From assembly GCA_944387485.1 (NCBI GenBank), contig CALXFC010000001.1, positions 4,179 to 68,178 on the forward strand: 64,000 nt of DNA. Direction: 5' to 3'. Positions 31,932 through 42,908 of this stretch are shown here, in pieces. This DNA comes from an uncultured Clostridia bacterium. Its GTDB lineage: Bacteria; Bacillota; Clostridia; TANB77; CAG-508. Each line of letters begins with the position of its first letter. The stretch's first letter is position 1. The notes under the pieces are model-generated. The model saw only the letters and a list, made by a program, of their open reading frames with translations, was not told where the DNA came from and did not search any database. Made by a program: the position numbers and the translations under genes.

Positions 31932-33176
31932 ATGAAATTTTTATTAAAAAATACGAAAGGAATAACGTTAATTGCATTAATAGTAACAATTATCGTTTTG
32001 CTTATTTTAGCAGGGATAACAATAGGTGAATTAACAAGTGATGATGGAATAGTAAATAATGCTAAATATAGTGCATATGCAACAAAAATAAGAAAGTACG
32101 AAGAGAGTGTTAATAAATATTTGATACAAGAAGATGAAAATGATAATAGTACGGATACAATTTATATAACAGATCCAGAAAAGATAAAAGAAATAATAGC
32201 GGATATAGAAGATGGAGATGAAAATAAATTTGTAATACAAGATAATGAATTAAAGTATAAACCAGATAATGTAACAGATCAAGAAGAGGAGTGGTTAATA
32301 AAATTAGAGATAGCAGCAGAGAGGCTTGGATATTATTTGTTAGATAATGAAACATATTATAATACATTAGCTGAAGCAGTAAGTGCTGCAAAAGATGGTT
32401 CTACAATTCAAGTAATAGCTGATGTAAAAGAAAAAGAGACGGATATAACAGGAACGCTTGCAGTGGAAATAGATAAAAATATAACTATAAATACAAATAA
32501 TAAAGAATTAAATTTTAATCAATTGATAAGAATAAATCAAGAAAAAAATGTAGTAATTGAAGGCGGAGGAGAAATTACAGGAAAAAATGCATTGGGGTTA
32601 ATAACTAATTATGGAAATTTAACTTTAAATGATGTTATTTTACAATCATCAAGTTCATCAGGAAAACTGAGAGCAACAATAACTAATATTATTCCAGGAA
32701 ATGTTACAATAAATAATTGTGAAATAGATGGTATAACATGTGAAGGAACTGAGGGAAATGGAATTGTAACAATAAATGGAGGGAAATATGGTAAATTAGC
32801 AGGATATCCATCTGGAGAAATAGGAAAGTATATAATTAATGATGCAGAAATTGAAGAGATAGATTTCTCTGCAGGGGGAATAGCTGTAATAAATAGTGGT
32901 GTAGTAAATACTGTAAGGATATCTAATGATAGCGGTGACATACATTTGACAATAGGAGATATAAATAAAGCTGTAAGTACAAACAACCCTAAAATAAATA
33001 ATATAGAGTGTTCTAGTGATTTAGCAGGAATGGAGTGTGTATTTGATTTTTATAATGGATTTTTGAATTTTGCTAATATGGAAGAGTTTGCCGAAGAAAC
33101 TATTTTTGAATATAATTTAAGACCTGGATATAAATTACAAGAAAGTTCAGGGGGCTTAATATTAGTAGAAGAATAA
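31932..33176 (+). CDS. prepilin-like N-terminus (class III signal-peptide-like) fused to a right-handed beta-helix/pectin-lyase-like domain
   Basis: MKFLLKNTKG-ITLIALIVTIIVLLILAGITIG resembles the G-FTLIE pilin leader but has Ala instead of Glu at +5. C-terminal repeats of NxxG/I-type turns (VTINNCEIDGITCEGTEGNGIVTINGG...VRISNDSGDIHLTIGD). Confidence 0.5.
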   Translation: MKFLLKNTKGITLIALIVTIIVLLILAGITIGELTSDDGIVNNAKYSAYATKIRKYEESVNKYLIQEDENDNSTDTIYITDPEKIKEIIADIEDGDENKFVIQDNELKYKPDNVTDQEEEWLIKLEIAAERLGYYLLDNETYYNTLAEAVSAAKDGSTIQVIADVKEKETDITGTLAVEIDKNITINTNNKELNFNQLIRINQEKNVVIEGGGEITGKNALGLITNYGNLTLNDVILQSSSSSGKLRATITNIIPGNVTINNCEIDGITCEGTEGNGIVTINGGKYGKLAGYPSGEIGKYIINDAEIEEIDFSAGGIAVINSGVVNTVRISNDSGDIHLTIGDINKAVSTNNPKINNIECSSDLAGMECVFDFYNGFLNFANMEEFAEETIFEYNLRPGYKLQESSGGLILVEE

Positions 33177-33284
33177 AATATAGGTAAATTTATTAATAAA
33201 ACAAAGCCAAATTATTGCATATAACATAATAATTTGGTTTTGTTAAATATTAGATAAGGATTTTGATAGGATTTAGGTAAAAAT

Positions 33285-34145
33285 ATGGATGGAATAATAA
33301 TAGTAAACAAGCCAAAAGGATGTACATCACATGATGTTGTGAGTAAAGTAAGAAGAATAGTAAAAGAAAAAGTAGGCCATACTGGTACTTTAGACCCTTT
33401 AGCAACAGGAGTATTACCACTACTTATTGGTAAAGGAACATTGTGTTCAAAATATTTAATAAATCATGATAAAGAATACGAAGTATCATTAAAATTAGGA
33501 ATAGAAACAGATACAATGGATGCAGAAGGAAATGTGCTTGAAAAAAAAGAAGTAGATGATAGTATTTGGTTAAAAGAAAATATAGAGAAGGTATTAAAAG
33601 AATTTGTAGGAAAACAAGAGCAAAGGCCACCAATGTATTCTGCGATAAAAGTAGCAGGCAAAAAACTATATGAATATGCAAGAAGAGGAGAAAAGGTTGA
33701 AGTTCCTAAAAGAGAGATAGAAATATATAGTATAGAGCTTGTTGCAATAAATAAAATAAGTAAAGAAATAGAATTTAATGTAAGTTGTTCAAAAGGTACG
33801 TATATTAGGAGTTTGTGTACTGATATTGCAAAAGCTTTAGGAACAATAGGATATATGTCAGGGTTAAAAAGATTAAAGGTAGGAGAATTTACTTTAAAAA
33901 ATTCAATTACTGTAGATGATAGCTTAGATAAAGAGAAAATAGAAAAACATATAATAACAATTGAAGAATTATTTAAAAGCAAAGAAAAAATAACGTTAGA
34001 TTCTAAAAAATTAATTTTATTTTTAAATGGAGTAAAATTAAGCTTTGAAAACAAGGATGAAATTTATAGAATTTATAATTCAGGAAAATTTATAGGTTTA
34101 GGAACTATAAAAAATGGTTTACTAAAAAGAGATATAATTTTATAG
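33285..34145 (+). CDS. truB: tRNA pseudouridine(55) synthase TruB
   Basis: MDGIIIVNKPKGCTSHDVV...GHTGTLDPLATGVLP catalytic Asp motif. Confidence 0.85.
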   Translation: MDGIIIVNKPKGCTSHDVVSKVRRIVKEKVGHTGTLDPLATGVLPLLIGKGTLCSKYLINHDKEYEVSLKLGIETDTMDAEGNVLEKKEVDDSIWLKENIEKVLKEFVGKQEQRPPMYSAIKVAGKKLYEYARRGEKVEVPKREIEIYSIELVAINKISKEIEFNVSCSKGTYIRSLCTDIAKALGTIGYMSGLKRLKVGEFTLKNSITVDDSLDKEKIEKHIITIEELFKSKEKITLDSKKLILFLNGVKLSFENKDEIYRIYNSGKFIGLGTIKNGLLKRDIIL

Positions 34146-34201
34146 TAATAAAATAAAATCACTCGAATATATTTTAATAAAATATTAAAGGAGTGATTTT
34201 T

Positions 34202-35053
34202 TTGTATTATATCCAAGAAACTGACAAGCCTGTTTTGATTGTTAGATTATTTAATTTGCTAGAAATAATAGATGATAAAATAATATTACCAGTAAGTTAT
34301 GGAGAAGAGGTCGACAATAAAAGGATAAATATATTAGCAAAAAAGATAAAAAAAATTTTAAATAAAACAAGTTGTAAATCTGTAATTTTAAGTAAGTATT
34401 TAAAAGAAAAAGAAAATTTTATAAGCTTATTAAATTCTTATGGAATAGACGTAATAGATGGAAAGTGGTTATTTTCAGTTATATCTAGCAAAGTTGTGGA
34501 TTATGTTTCAGAAAAGAAAAAATTAAAAAAAGAAGAAACAAATGTAAGTGTTTTAGTAAATAATAATGATAGTGATTACATAATTGAAAACATTAAAAAC
34601 ATAATTAGAACATATAAAAGTGTTAATATAGTAACAAATAATTTTGGAAAATTTAAAAAATTGGAAAAGAATATATTAGAAAAAGAAGGAATAATGGTAA
34701 CTATAACAAACAATAAGAAGAAAAGTCTAATGAGATCAAATATTATTTTAAATGTGGATTTTACAAATGAAGAAATAAATAAATATAATATACCAGAAGA
34801 AGCAATAATTGTGAATTTAAAAGGAAATGTGGATATTAATAAAAAGAGATTTAATGGTATAAACATAAATGATTATGAAATATCTTTTGAGAATTTTGAG
34901 GAATTTGATTATGATAAAAGTAAAATATATTTTCAAAAAGATATATATGAATCTTTAATATATAAAAAACAACCATATGAACAAATAGAAAGAAAAATAA
35001 AAAGAGATAATCTAAAGGTTAAAGAATTAATAGGAAAGAGAACTTCTTTCTAA
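34202..35053 (+). CDS. hypothetical protein (TTG start after an AAGGAGTG RBS; the six-frame track starts at GTG 34193)
   Basis: 283-aa K/N-rich ORF occupying the position usually held by ribF; no recognisable motif. Confidence 0.35.
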   Translation: MYYIQETDKPVLIVRLFNLLEIIDDKIILPVSYGEEVDNKRINILAKKIKKILNKTSCKSVILSKYLKEKENFISLLNSYGIDVIDGKWLFSVISSKVVDYVSEKKKLKKEETNVSVLVNNNDSDYIIENIKNIIRTYKSVNIVTNNFGKFKKLEKNILEKEGIMVTITNNKKKSLMRSNIILNVDFTNEEINKYNIPEEAIIVNLKGNVDINKKRFNGININDYEISFENFEEFDYDKSKIYFQKDIYESLIYKKQPYEQIERKIKRDNLKVKELIGKRTSF

Positions 35054-35141
35054 TTTCTTAAAATTTGATAAAAAGCTTTTCTTTTTTATTAAAATATAAT
35101 ATAATGTAGTTGGATTTTAAAATTGGCAAGGAGGTAAGAAA

Positions 35142-37769
35142 ATGCCAGATAGTAGTAATAGAAGAAGCAGTGAGAATAATAAAAAAAGGCCTTCAATGCA
35201 AAGGAGAAGAACACCAAAAGCAAAGGCGAGAACAGATATATCAATAAAAAACAATAAGGCAAGACGAAAAAATAGTAAGAAGAAAAATGGCAAAAAGGGA
35301 ATGCATCCCAAATTAAAGAAAGCAATAAAAATAGCAGTTATATTATTTTTATTATTATGTGTAATAGGAGCAGGAATAGTTGCGGGAATATTCTTTGGAC
35401 TATTTGGAGACGATTTTGAGATTTCAAAAGATGAACTTAAAATTGCAGCTTCAAATTCTGTTGTAGTAGATGCAAATGGCACAGTAATCGCAAACCTTAG
35501 TGGTGATGAGAAAAGAAAAATTGTAACATTAGGAGAAATGTCGGATTATTTACCAAAAGCATATGTTGCGATAGAAGATGAGAGATTTTATTCACATCAT
35601 GGCGTTGACTGGAAAAGAACAGCAGGAGCTATATTTAATACAATATTTAAAGGTGGCTCAAGCTATGGTGGAAGTACAATAACTCAACAGCTTGTTAAAA
35701 ATATAACAGATGATGATGAGACACAAGGTTTTGCAGGTATATATAGAAAAATAAGAGAATGGGCAAAAGCATATCAAGTAGAAAGAATGATATCAAAAGA
35801 CCAAATATTAGAATTGTACTTAAATATCTTATATGTAGGAGGAGAAGGAAACCTTCATGGAGTTGAATTAGGAGCAGAATACTATTTTAACAAGAGTGCA
35901 AAAGATTTATCACTAGCAGAATGTGCATATATGGCAGGAATAAATAGCTCTCCATCAGCATATAATCCATTTGATACATCTACAGATAATACAGAAAAAA
36001 TAAAAAATAAAACTAAAACAGTATTAGGTAAAATGCTTGAATTAGGATTTATAGACCAAGGTGAATATGATGGAGCTGTTGCAGAAGTAGATGCTGGATT
36101 GAATTTCCAAAAAGGAGATGTATCAACATCATCAAATTATTCTTATCATACAGATGCAGTATTAGAACAAGTAATAAATCAAGTAATGGAAGAAAGAGGA
36201 GTTTCAAGACAAATAGCAGAAAACTATGTGTATAGTAGTGGACTTACAATATACTCAACAGTAGATACAACTATTCAAGCAAGAGTAGAAGAAGAATATC
36301 AAAAAGATAAATATATCAAGAGCGGAAGAGACAAAGACGCAAATGGAAATTTAGTAAACGACCATACACAATCAGGAATGGCGATAGTAGATTATAAAAC
36401 AGGTCAAGTAGTTGCAGTTGCAGGAGGACTTGGAGAGAAGGAAGCTTCTGGATGGAATAGAGCAACTCAAATGAAAAAACAAACAGGTTCATCTATTAAA
36501 ATGATAGCAGATGTGGCACCAGCACTAGAAGAAGGTATTATAACACCATCAACACGTTATATAGATGAAAAGACAGATTTTGGTTCAAATTATATACCAA
36601 AAGATGAAGATGCTTATGATAATAATGATATGGATATAAGAGAATTTATCAGAAAATCTAAAAATGTACCAGCAGTTAAGATAATGAAAGAATTAACACC
36701 TAAAAAGGCGATAGAATATTTACAAAAAATGGGACTAGAGTCATTAGATGAAGAAGAAGACCAAGTGCTTGCTTTAGGAATTGGTGGTATGACACATGGT
36801 GCAAGTCCATTAGAAATGGCTTCAGCTTATGGAACAATAGCAAATGATGGTGTATATATAACTCCAACATTCTATACAAAAGTTGTTGATTCTAATGGAA
36901 ATACGGTACTTACTCCAAATCAAGAAGAAAAAAGAATATTTTCAGAGCAAACAGCATATCTTACAAAACAAATAGGTATGGAACCAACAAAAAGTGGAGG
37001 AACAGCAACATATTGTGCAATGAGTGGAATGGATGTTGTGGCTAAAACAGGAACAACTGATAATAGCTATGATAGATGGCTTTGTGGATTTACACCATAT
37101 TATGCAGCAGCAACATGGTTTGGATTTGATAATAATGAAGAGGTGAGAGGATTTAGTCAAAATCCAGCAGGACAAATATGGGATGCAATTATGACTGATA
37201 TCCATAAAGATTTGGAAGATGCAACATTTGAAAGACCAAGTGGAATAGTAGAAGAAACTGTGTGCAGAACAACAGGATGTTTAGCTACAACAGGATGTAC
37301 AGATACTTATACAGAAATATTTGCTTCAAATAATTTACCAGATCAATGCCAAGGACATGGAAGTCAACAAATATGCACAGAGTCTAATAAAATTGCAACT
37401 GCATATTGTTCTGAATATTGTGAAGTAAGAACAAATTATTATGGAGCAGTTTTACCAAAAGAACAACTAAAATTATGGACACCTGTCGGAAGAAAAGTAT
37501 CAGATGATGAGGGTAGAATATATGAAACATGTGATATTCATACAAGTCCAAAAGTAGTTGAACCAGAAGAACCAGAAGTTCCAGTTAATAATACAATAAC
37601 AAGACCAATAGAAACACCAGATGAAAATACAACAACTACAGATGAACCAGATACTCCATCAGGAGGAACAGGAGGAAATGGAACATCTGGAGGAGAAACA
37701 AATCCAGAAGAACCAGAAACAGGAAATCAGACTGGTGGAACTGGTAGAAGCAGAAATGCAGAACAATAA
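35142..37769 (+). CDS. class A penicillin-binding protein (PBP1A: transglycosylase plus transpeptidase) with a Thr/Pro/Gly-rich C-terminal tail
   Basis: GT51 motifs EDERFYSHHGVD and GGSTITQQLVKN; TPase SxxK (TGSSIK), KTGT. Confidence 0.85.
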   Translation: MPDSSNRRSSENNKKRPSMQRRRTPKAKARTDISIKNNKARRKNSKKKNGKKGMHPKLKKAIKIAVILFLLLCVIGAGIVAGIFFGLFGDDFEISKDELKIAASNSVVVDANGTVIANLSGDEKRKIVTLGEMSDYLPKAYVAIEDERFYSHHGVDWKRTAGAIFNTIFKGGSSYGGSTITQQLVKNITDDDETQGFAGIYRKIREWAKAYQVERMISKDQILELYLNILYVGGEGNLHGVELGAEYYFNKSAKDLSLAECAYMAGINSSPSAYNPFDTSTDNTEKIKNKTKTVLGKMLELGFIDQGEYDGAVAEVDAGLNFQKGDVSTSSNYSYHTDAVLEQVINQVMEERGVSRQIAENYVYSSGLTIYSTVDTTIQARVEEEYQKDKYIKSGRDKDANGNLVNDHTQSGMAIVDYKTGQVVAVAGGLGEKEASGWNRATQMKKQTGSSIKMIADVAPALEEGIITPSTRYIDEKTDFGSNYIPKDEDAYDNNDMDIREFIRKSKNVPAVKIMKELTPKKAIEYLQKMGLESLDEEEDQVLALGIGGMTHGASPLEMASAYGTIANDGVYITPTFYTKVVDSNGNTVLTPNQEEKRIFSEQTAYLTKQIGMEPTKSGGTATYCAMSGMDVVAKTGTTDNSYDRWLCGFTPYYAAATWFGFDNNEEVRGFSQNPAGQIWDAIMTDIHKDLEDATFERPSGIVEETVCRTTGCLATTGCTDTYTEIFASNNLPDQCQGHGSQQICTESNKIATAYCSEYCEVRTNYYGAVLPKEQLKLWTPVGRKVSDDEGRIYETCDIHTSPKVVEPEEPEVPVNNTITRPIETPDENTTTTDEPDTPSGGTGGNGTSGGETNPEEPETGNQTGGTGRSRNAEQ

Positions 37770-37776
37770 AATAAAT

Positions 37777-37812
37777 CTCATAAAATACCAAGTTGTCTTG
37801 GTATTTTATGAG
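37777..37812 (+). terminator. perfect 16-bp hairpin between the PBP1A stop and cysS
   Basis: CTCATAAAATACCAAGttgtCTTGGTATTTTATGAG. Confidence 0.5.
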
Positions 37813-37831
37813 AAGAAGTAAAGGAGTAATT

Positions 37832-39217
37832 ATGGATATATTTTTTTATAATACATTAACAAGAAAAAAAGAAGTTTTTAAACCAATAGACAAAAGAGAA
37901 GTTAGAATATATTCATGTGGACCAACTGTATATAAAGATGCAACTATAGGAAATATGAGAACAAGTATATTTCAAGATGTGTTAAGAAGAGTTTTACGTT
38001 ACAATGGTTATAAATTAAAACATGCAATGAATATTACAGATGTAGGACATTTAGTTTCAGACGGAGATGAAGGAGAAGACAAAATGATAAAATCAGCAAG
38101 AGAAGAGCATAAATCTCCAGAAGAAATTGCTAAGCATTATACAAAATTATTTTTTGATGATTTAGAAGCTTTAAATATAGAAACACCAGAAATTGTATGT
38201 AAAGCAACAGATCATATAAAAGAAATGCTTGAATATGTTGAAACTTTAGTAGAAAAAGGATATGCTTATGAAACATCTACAGCAATATATTTTGATGTGT
38301 CAAAATTAGATAAATATCCAATTCTTTCTAATCAAAGTGTTAAAGACCAGAAAGCGGGAGCAAGGGTAAGTGTTGATCCTGAAAAGAAAAATCCATATGA
38401 TTTTGCTCTTTGGATTAAAGCACCTGAAAACCATTTAATGAAATGGGATAGTCCATGGGGACCAAGTTATCCAGGATGGCATATTGAATGTTCTGCTATG
38501 GGACAAAAGTATTTAGGAGAACAATTTGATATACATACAGGAGGAGTTGATTTAATACCTACACATCATGAAAATGAAATAGCACAAAGTAAAGGGTATT
38601 GTGGAAAAATTCCAGCAAATTATTGGTTACATGGAGAATATTTATTAATAAACGGCGGAAAAATGTCAAAAAGTTTAGGAAATGTTTATTTGTTAAAAGA
38701 TATAATTGATAGAGGATATAATCCTTTAACATATAAGCTATTTAGTTATTCATCTCATTATAGAAATAAACTAAACTTTACATGGGAAGGTATGGATGCA
38801 GCACAAAAATCTTTTGAAAGATTAAAAAATGGCTATAGAACTCATTTAGAGGGAACAGATGAAATAGAAGATAAAATAGTAGATGATTATGAAGAAAGAT
38901 TTCATAAAGCAATTAATGATGACTTAAATATGCCTTTAGCTATGGGAGTAGTTTGGGAAGTTGTTCGTAATGATAAAAAATCTCCTAAGCTTGCAAAATT
39001 ATTATTAAAATTTGATGAAGTTCTGGGATTAAAAATAGATGAAAAAGATGAAAAGCAAGAAGAATTGCCAGAAGAAATATTAAATTTGATACAAGAAAGA
39101 AAAACAGCAAGAGAAAATAAAAAATGGGAGGAATCTGACAGATTAAGAGATTTAATAAATAGTAAAGGTTATAATATAAAAGATACTAAAGATGGGATGG
39201 AAGTAACTAGAAAATAG
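37832..39217 (+). CDS. cysS: cysteine--tRNA ligase
   Basis: MDIFFYNTLTRKKEVF...CGPTVYKDATIGN (HIGH-like), KMSKS (GKMSKSLGN). Confidence 0.9.
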   Translation: MDIFFYNTLTRKKEVFKPIDKREVRIYSCGPTVYKDATIGNMRTSIFQDVLRRVLRYNGYKLKHAMNITDVGHLVSDGDEGEDKMIKSAREEHKSPEEIAKHYTKLFFDDLEALNIETPEIVCKATDHIKEMLEYVETLVEKGYAYETSTAIYFDVSKLDKYPILSNQSVKDQKAGARVSVDPEKKNPYDFALWIKAPENHLMKWDSPWGPSYPGWHIECSAMGQKYLGEQFDIHTGGVDLIPTHHENEIAQSKGYCGKIPANYWLHGEYLLINGGKMSKSLGNVYLLKDIIDRGYNPLTYKLFSYSSHYRNKLNFTWEGMDAAQKSFERLKNGYRTHLEGTDEIEDKIVDDYEERFHKAINDDLNMPLAMGVVWEVVRNDKKSPKLAKLLLKFDEVLGLKIDEKDEKQEELPEEILNLIQERKTARENKKWEESDRLRDLINSKGYNIKDTKDGMEVTRK

Positions 39218-39343
39218 ATAGAAGTTTTTTTCTTCTATCTTTTTTCTTTTATTTTTCTTAGCTATTTTATATTGTGTTTTAAAGAATAATGTAATATAAT
39301 CTAAAAAGTAGAAAATAAAAAGAAAGACAAGGAGGAATAAAAA

Positions 39344-40348
39344 ATGGCTATATTATTACCAGGAGGAGCAGGATATATAGGAAGTCATACTGCTGTAGAA
39401 TTATTAAATTCAGGAAAAGACATTATAATAGTAGATAATTTTTCAAATAGTAAACCAGAGGTATTAGACAAAATAAAAAAAATTACAGGAAAAGATTTTA
39501 AATTTTATGAATTGGATTACTTAGATAAAGAAAAAATAGAAAAAGTTTTTGAAGAAAATAAAATAGATGCAGTGCTAAATTTTGCTGGATTTAAAGCAGT
39601 AGGAGAATCTGTTCAAAAACCATTAGAATATTATCATAATAATATAACAGGTTGTTTAATTCTTTTAGAGACTATGAAAAAATATAATGTTAAGAAATTT
39701 ATATTTAGTTCATCTGCAACTGTATATGGTGAACCAGAAAAAATACCAATAACTGAAGATTGTAAAACAGGCGGAACAACAAATCCATATGGTACATCAA
39801 AATTATTTATAGAACAAATACTAAAAGATTTATATAAGTCAGATAATACATGGGATATTTGTATTTTAAGATATTTTAATCCAGTAGGAGCTCATGAAAG
39901 TGGTTTAATTGGAGAAGAACCAAAAGGAATACCAAATAATTTAATGCCATATATAGCAAGAGTAGCAGCAGGAACATTAAAAGAATTATCTGTATTTGGT
40001 AATGATTATGATACGCCAGATGGAACAGGTGTAAGAGATTATATACATGTAGTAGATTTAGCAAAAGGACATGTATGTGCATTAAATAAATTAGATAAGG
40101 AAGAAAAAGGATTATTTATATACAACTTAGGAACAGGAAAAGGATATAGTGTATTAGATATGGTTAAAGCGTTTGAAAGTGCAACAGGAAAAAAAGTGCC
40201 ATATAAAATAGCTCCAAGAAGAGCAGGAGATATTGCAACTTGTTATGCGGATCCTAAAAAAGCAAAAGAAGAATTAGGTTGGGAAGCAACTAAAACTTTA
40301 GAAGATATGTGTAAAGATTCATGGAATTATATTGTAAAAAACAGTTAA
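39344..40348 (+). CDS. galE: UDP-glucose 4-epimerase
   Basis: GGAGYIGSHT Rossmann; YGTSK catalytic motif; 334 aa. Confidence 0.85.
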   Translation: MAILLPGGAGYIGSHTAVELLNSGKDIIIVDNFSNSKPEVLDKIKKITGKDFKFYELDYLDKEKIEKVFEENKIDAVLNFAGFKAVGESVQKPLEYYHNNITGCLILLETMKKYNVKKFIFSSSATVYGEPEKIPITEDCKTGGTTNPYGTSKLFIEQILKDLYKSDNTWDICILRYFNPVGAHESGLIGEEPKGIPNNLMPYIARVAAGTLKELSVFGNDYDTPDGTGVRDYIHVVDLAKGHVCALNKLDKEEKGLFIYNLGTGKGYSVLDMVKAFESATGKKVPYKIAPRRAGDIATCYADPKKAKEELGWEATKTLEDMCKDSWNYIVKNS

Positions 40349-40448
40349 AATAGTAGCCATATTAGTTTGGATTACTAATATGGCTCTTAAATAAATCTTG
40401 ACTTTTAGGGATTTCCATAATATAATTGTAAAGAAATTGGAGGACTTA

Positions 40449-40857
40449 TGAAAGATAATAAAATAGAAAAAAATAAAAGAATATGTATTAAATAAAATGT
40501 GATGCAATTGTGCTATTTGGAAGTTATGCAAGGGGAACACAAAATGAAGAAGATGATATAGATATATAGCCATAAAACCTGAACACACACTTACAAAAAA
40601 GGAAATATTTTTTTGACACAGAGTTAGAAGAAAAGTTTAAAAAGAATATAGATTTGATAAAATTATACGACATAAATGATAGTTTTAGGTATGAAATTTT
40701 AATAAATGGTGAAGTTTTGTATTGTAAGGATGAACTTAAATTTGAGTTGTATAGGTTGGATATGTATAGAGAATATTTAGATTTAAATGAGAGCAGAAAT
40801 ATAATTTACAAATATTACATACATAATCATAGGCAAATGTTAAATGTAAAGAAATAG
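40449..40857 (+). pseudogene. minimal nucleotidyltransferase (MNT/pol-beta superfamily, antitoxin-like) disrupted by at least 3-4 single-base or dinucleotide indels at homopolymer and simple-repeat sites
   Basis: Three frames join into MKDNKIEK.../...CDAIVLFGSYARGTQNEEDDIDI / IAIKPEHTLTKKEIFF / DTELEEKFKKNIDLIKLYDINDSFRYEILINGEVLYCKD... (GSxxRG NTase motif). The last piece is ORF 40654..40857. Confidence 0.6.
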
Positions 40858-40871
40858 AAGAGGTTGATAAA

Positions 40872-42581
40872 ATGATAGATTTTAAATTAAAAATTGCAGA
40901 AAAATTAGAAAGTATTGTAAATATAAATAAAGATGAATTAAAATCTTATATAGAAGTTCCAAAAGATACTAAAAATGGTGACTATTCTTTTCCATGTTTT
41001 AAATTAGCAAAAGAATTAAAAAAAGCACCTCAAATGATTGCAAATGAAATAAAAGAAAAGATGAATATTGAGGATATGGGAATAGAAAAAGTAGAGGTAG
41101 TAGGAGGATTTTTAAATTTCTTTGTTGATAAACAATTACTTGCAAAAGAAGTGCTAAATGAAGTTGCAAATAAAAATGAATATGGAAAATCAAAAATAGG
41201 AAATGGAAAAAATATAGTAATAGATTATTCAGCTCCTAATATTGCAAAACCATTTCATATTGGACATTTACGTTCAACAGTTATAGGAGGTTCATTATCT
41301 AATATATATAAATTTTTAGGATATAATGTAACAGGAGTAAATCATTTAGGTGATTATGGAACACAGTTTGGAAAATTAATTGAAGGCTATAAATTATGGG
41401 GAGCCGAATATGATATAGATAAAAATCCTATAGATGAATTAACTAAAATTTATGTTAGAATAAATAATCTGTGTAAAGAAGATGAGTCTGTATTAGAAGC
41501 ATGTAGAGAGAATTTTAAAAAGTTAGAAGACGGAGATCCTTATTGTGTAGAGTTATGGAAAAGATTTAAAGAAGTTAGTTTAAAGGAATTTCAAAAAGTT
41601 TATGATTTACTAGGTAGTAAGTTTGAATCTTGGAATGGAGAAGCTTTTTATTCGGATAAAATGCCAGAAGTTATAGAGCTTTTAGAAAAATCAGGAAAAT
41701 TAGTAGAATCTCAAGGTGCTAAAATTGTGGATTTAACAGATGATGGAATAGATACACCATGTATTATAATAAAATCAAATGGTTCATCAACATATGCAAC
41801 AAGAGACTTAGCAGCAATTTTATATAGAGCAAGAACATATGATTTTGAAAAAGCTTTATATGTAACATCTTATGAACAAGTATTACACTTTAAGCAAGTG
41901 TTTGCAACAGCAAAATATTTAGGGTTAGATGAAAAATATTTAAAAGGATTAAAACATGTACCATTTGGTATGGTATTATTACCAACAGGAAAAATGTCAA
42001 CGAGGGAAGGAAACATTGTAAAACTTGGAGATTTATTAAATGAAGCAATTGAAAGGGCAGAAAAAATAATAGAACAAAAAAACCCAGGTTTAGAAGACAA
42101 AAAAGAAACTGCAAAAAAAGTTGGAGTAGGAGCTGTTATATTTAATGATTTATCAAATAATAGAGTTAAAGATGAGGTGTTTGATTGGGATACAATATTA
42201 AACTTCCAGGGAGAAACAGGACCTTATATTCAATATACCTATGTAAGAATTAAGAGTGTATTGGAAAAAGCAGGAGGAGTTCCAGATATAAAAGATGTAA
42301 ATGTTACAAAATTAAACGATAGATATTCACAAGAAATATTGAAATTAATATATAATTTTGAAGACATATTAGTTGCAGTAACAGAAAAAGAAGAACCATC
42401 AATTTTATCTAGATATTTAATAGATTTAGCAAAAGCATATAGTGGATTTTATAATGAAAATAAAATAATGGTAGAAGATAAAGAACTTCAAAATGCTAGG
42501 GTATATTTAAGTTATGCTACTGCTAAAGTTTTAAAAGAAGGAACAACTTTACTTGGTATGGAAATGCCAAATAAAATGTAA
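40872..42581 (+). CDS. argS: arginine--tRNA ligase
   Basis: SAPNIAKPFHIGHLRSTVIGG (HIGH); MSTREG (KMSKS-like); C-terminal DALR anticodon-binding region. Confidence 0.9.
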   Translation: MIDFKLKIAEKLESIVNINKDELKSYIEVPKDTKNGDYSFPCFKLAKELKKAPQMIANEIKEKMNIEDMGIEKVEVVGGFLNFFVDKQLLAKEVLNEVANKNEYGKSKIGNGKNIVIDYSAPNIAKPFHIGHLRSTVIGGSLSNIYKFLGYNVTGVNHLGDYGTQFGKLIEGYKLWGAEYDIDKNPIDELTKIYVRINNLCKEDESVLEACRENFKKLEDGDPYCVELWKRFKEVSLKEFQKVYDLLGSKFESWNGEAFYSDKMPEVIELLEKSGKLVESQGAKIVDLTDDGIDTPCIIIKSNGSSTYATRDLAAILYRARTYDFEKALYVTSYEQVLHFKQVFATAKYLGLDEKYLKGLKHVPFGMVLLPTGKMSTREGNIVKLGDLLNEAIERAEKIIEQKNPGLEDKKETAKKVGVGAVIFNDLSNNRVKDEVFDWDTILNFQGETGPYIQYTYVRIKSVLEKAGGVPDIKDVNVTKLNDRYSQEILKLIYNFEDILVAVTEKEEPSILSRYLIDLAKAYSGFYNENKIMVEDKELQNARVYLSYATAKVLKEGTTLLGMEMPNKM

Positions 42582-42908
42582 AAAATAATATAAAGTATAA
42601 ATTCTATAATATTTTGAGTTTATACTTTATTTTTTTAATAAATGAAACTAATAAGTAAATTAGAACAAAGAAATTTTAGAAAAGTGAGAAAAAAGAAGAA
42701 AAAGATACATCAATGGAGAAAATATAAGAATTTATACATATAATTAAAGTTTTATGAATTTGTAAATTAAATGTATTAATGTTAGTATCTATGTGGTGAA
42801 TATTTATATTCCAATTTTTCAAAGGGAGGTGAATTAATTATAGATATTCAGCAACTTTGGGAAAAAATACAAGGAGAATTTACTGAAGTTAATACTAGAT
42901 TAGATAGA

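Noticed and set aside
37621-37821. 66-aa ORF overlapping the 3' end of the PBP1A gene
   Set aside because: Alternate frame of the Thr/Pro/Gly-rich PBP tail plus the terminator hairpin; no independent support.
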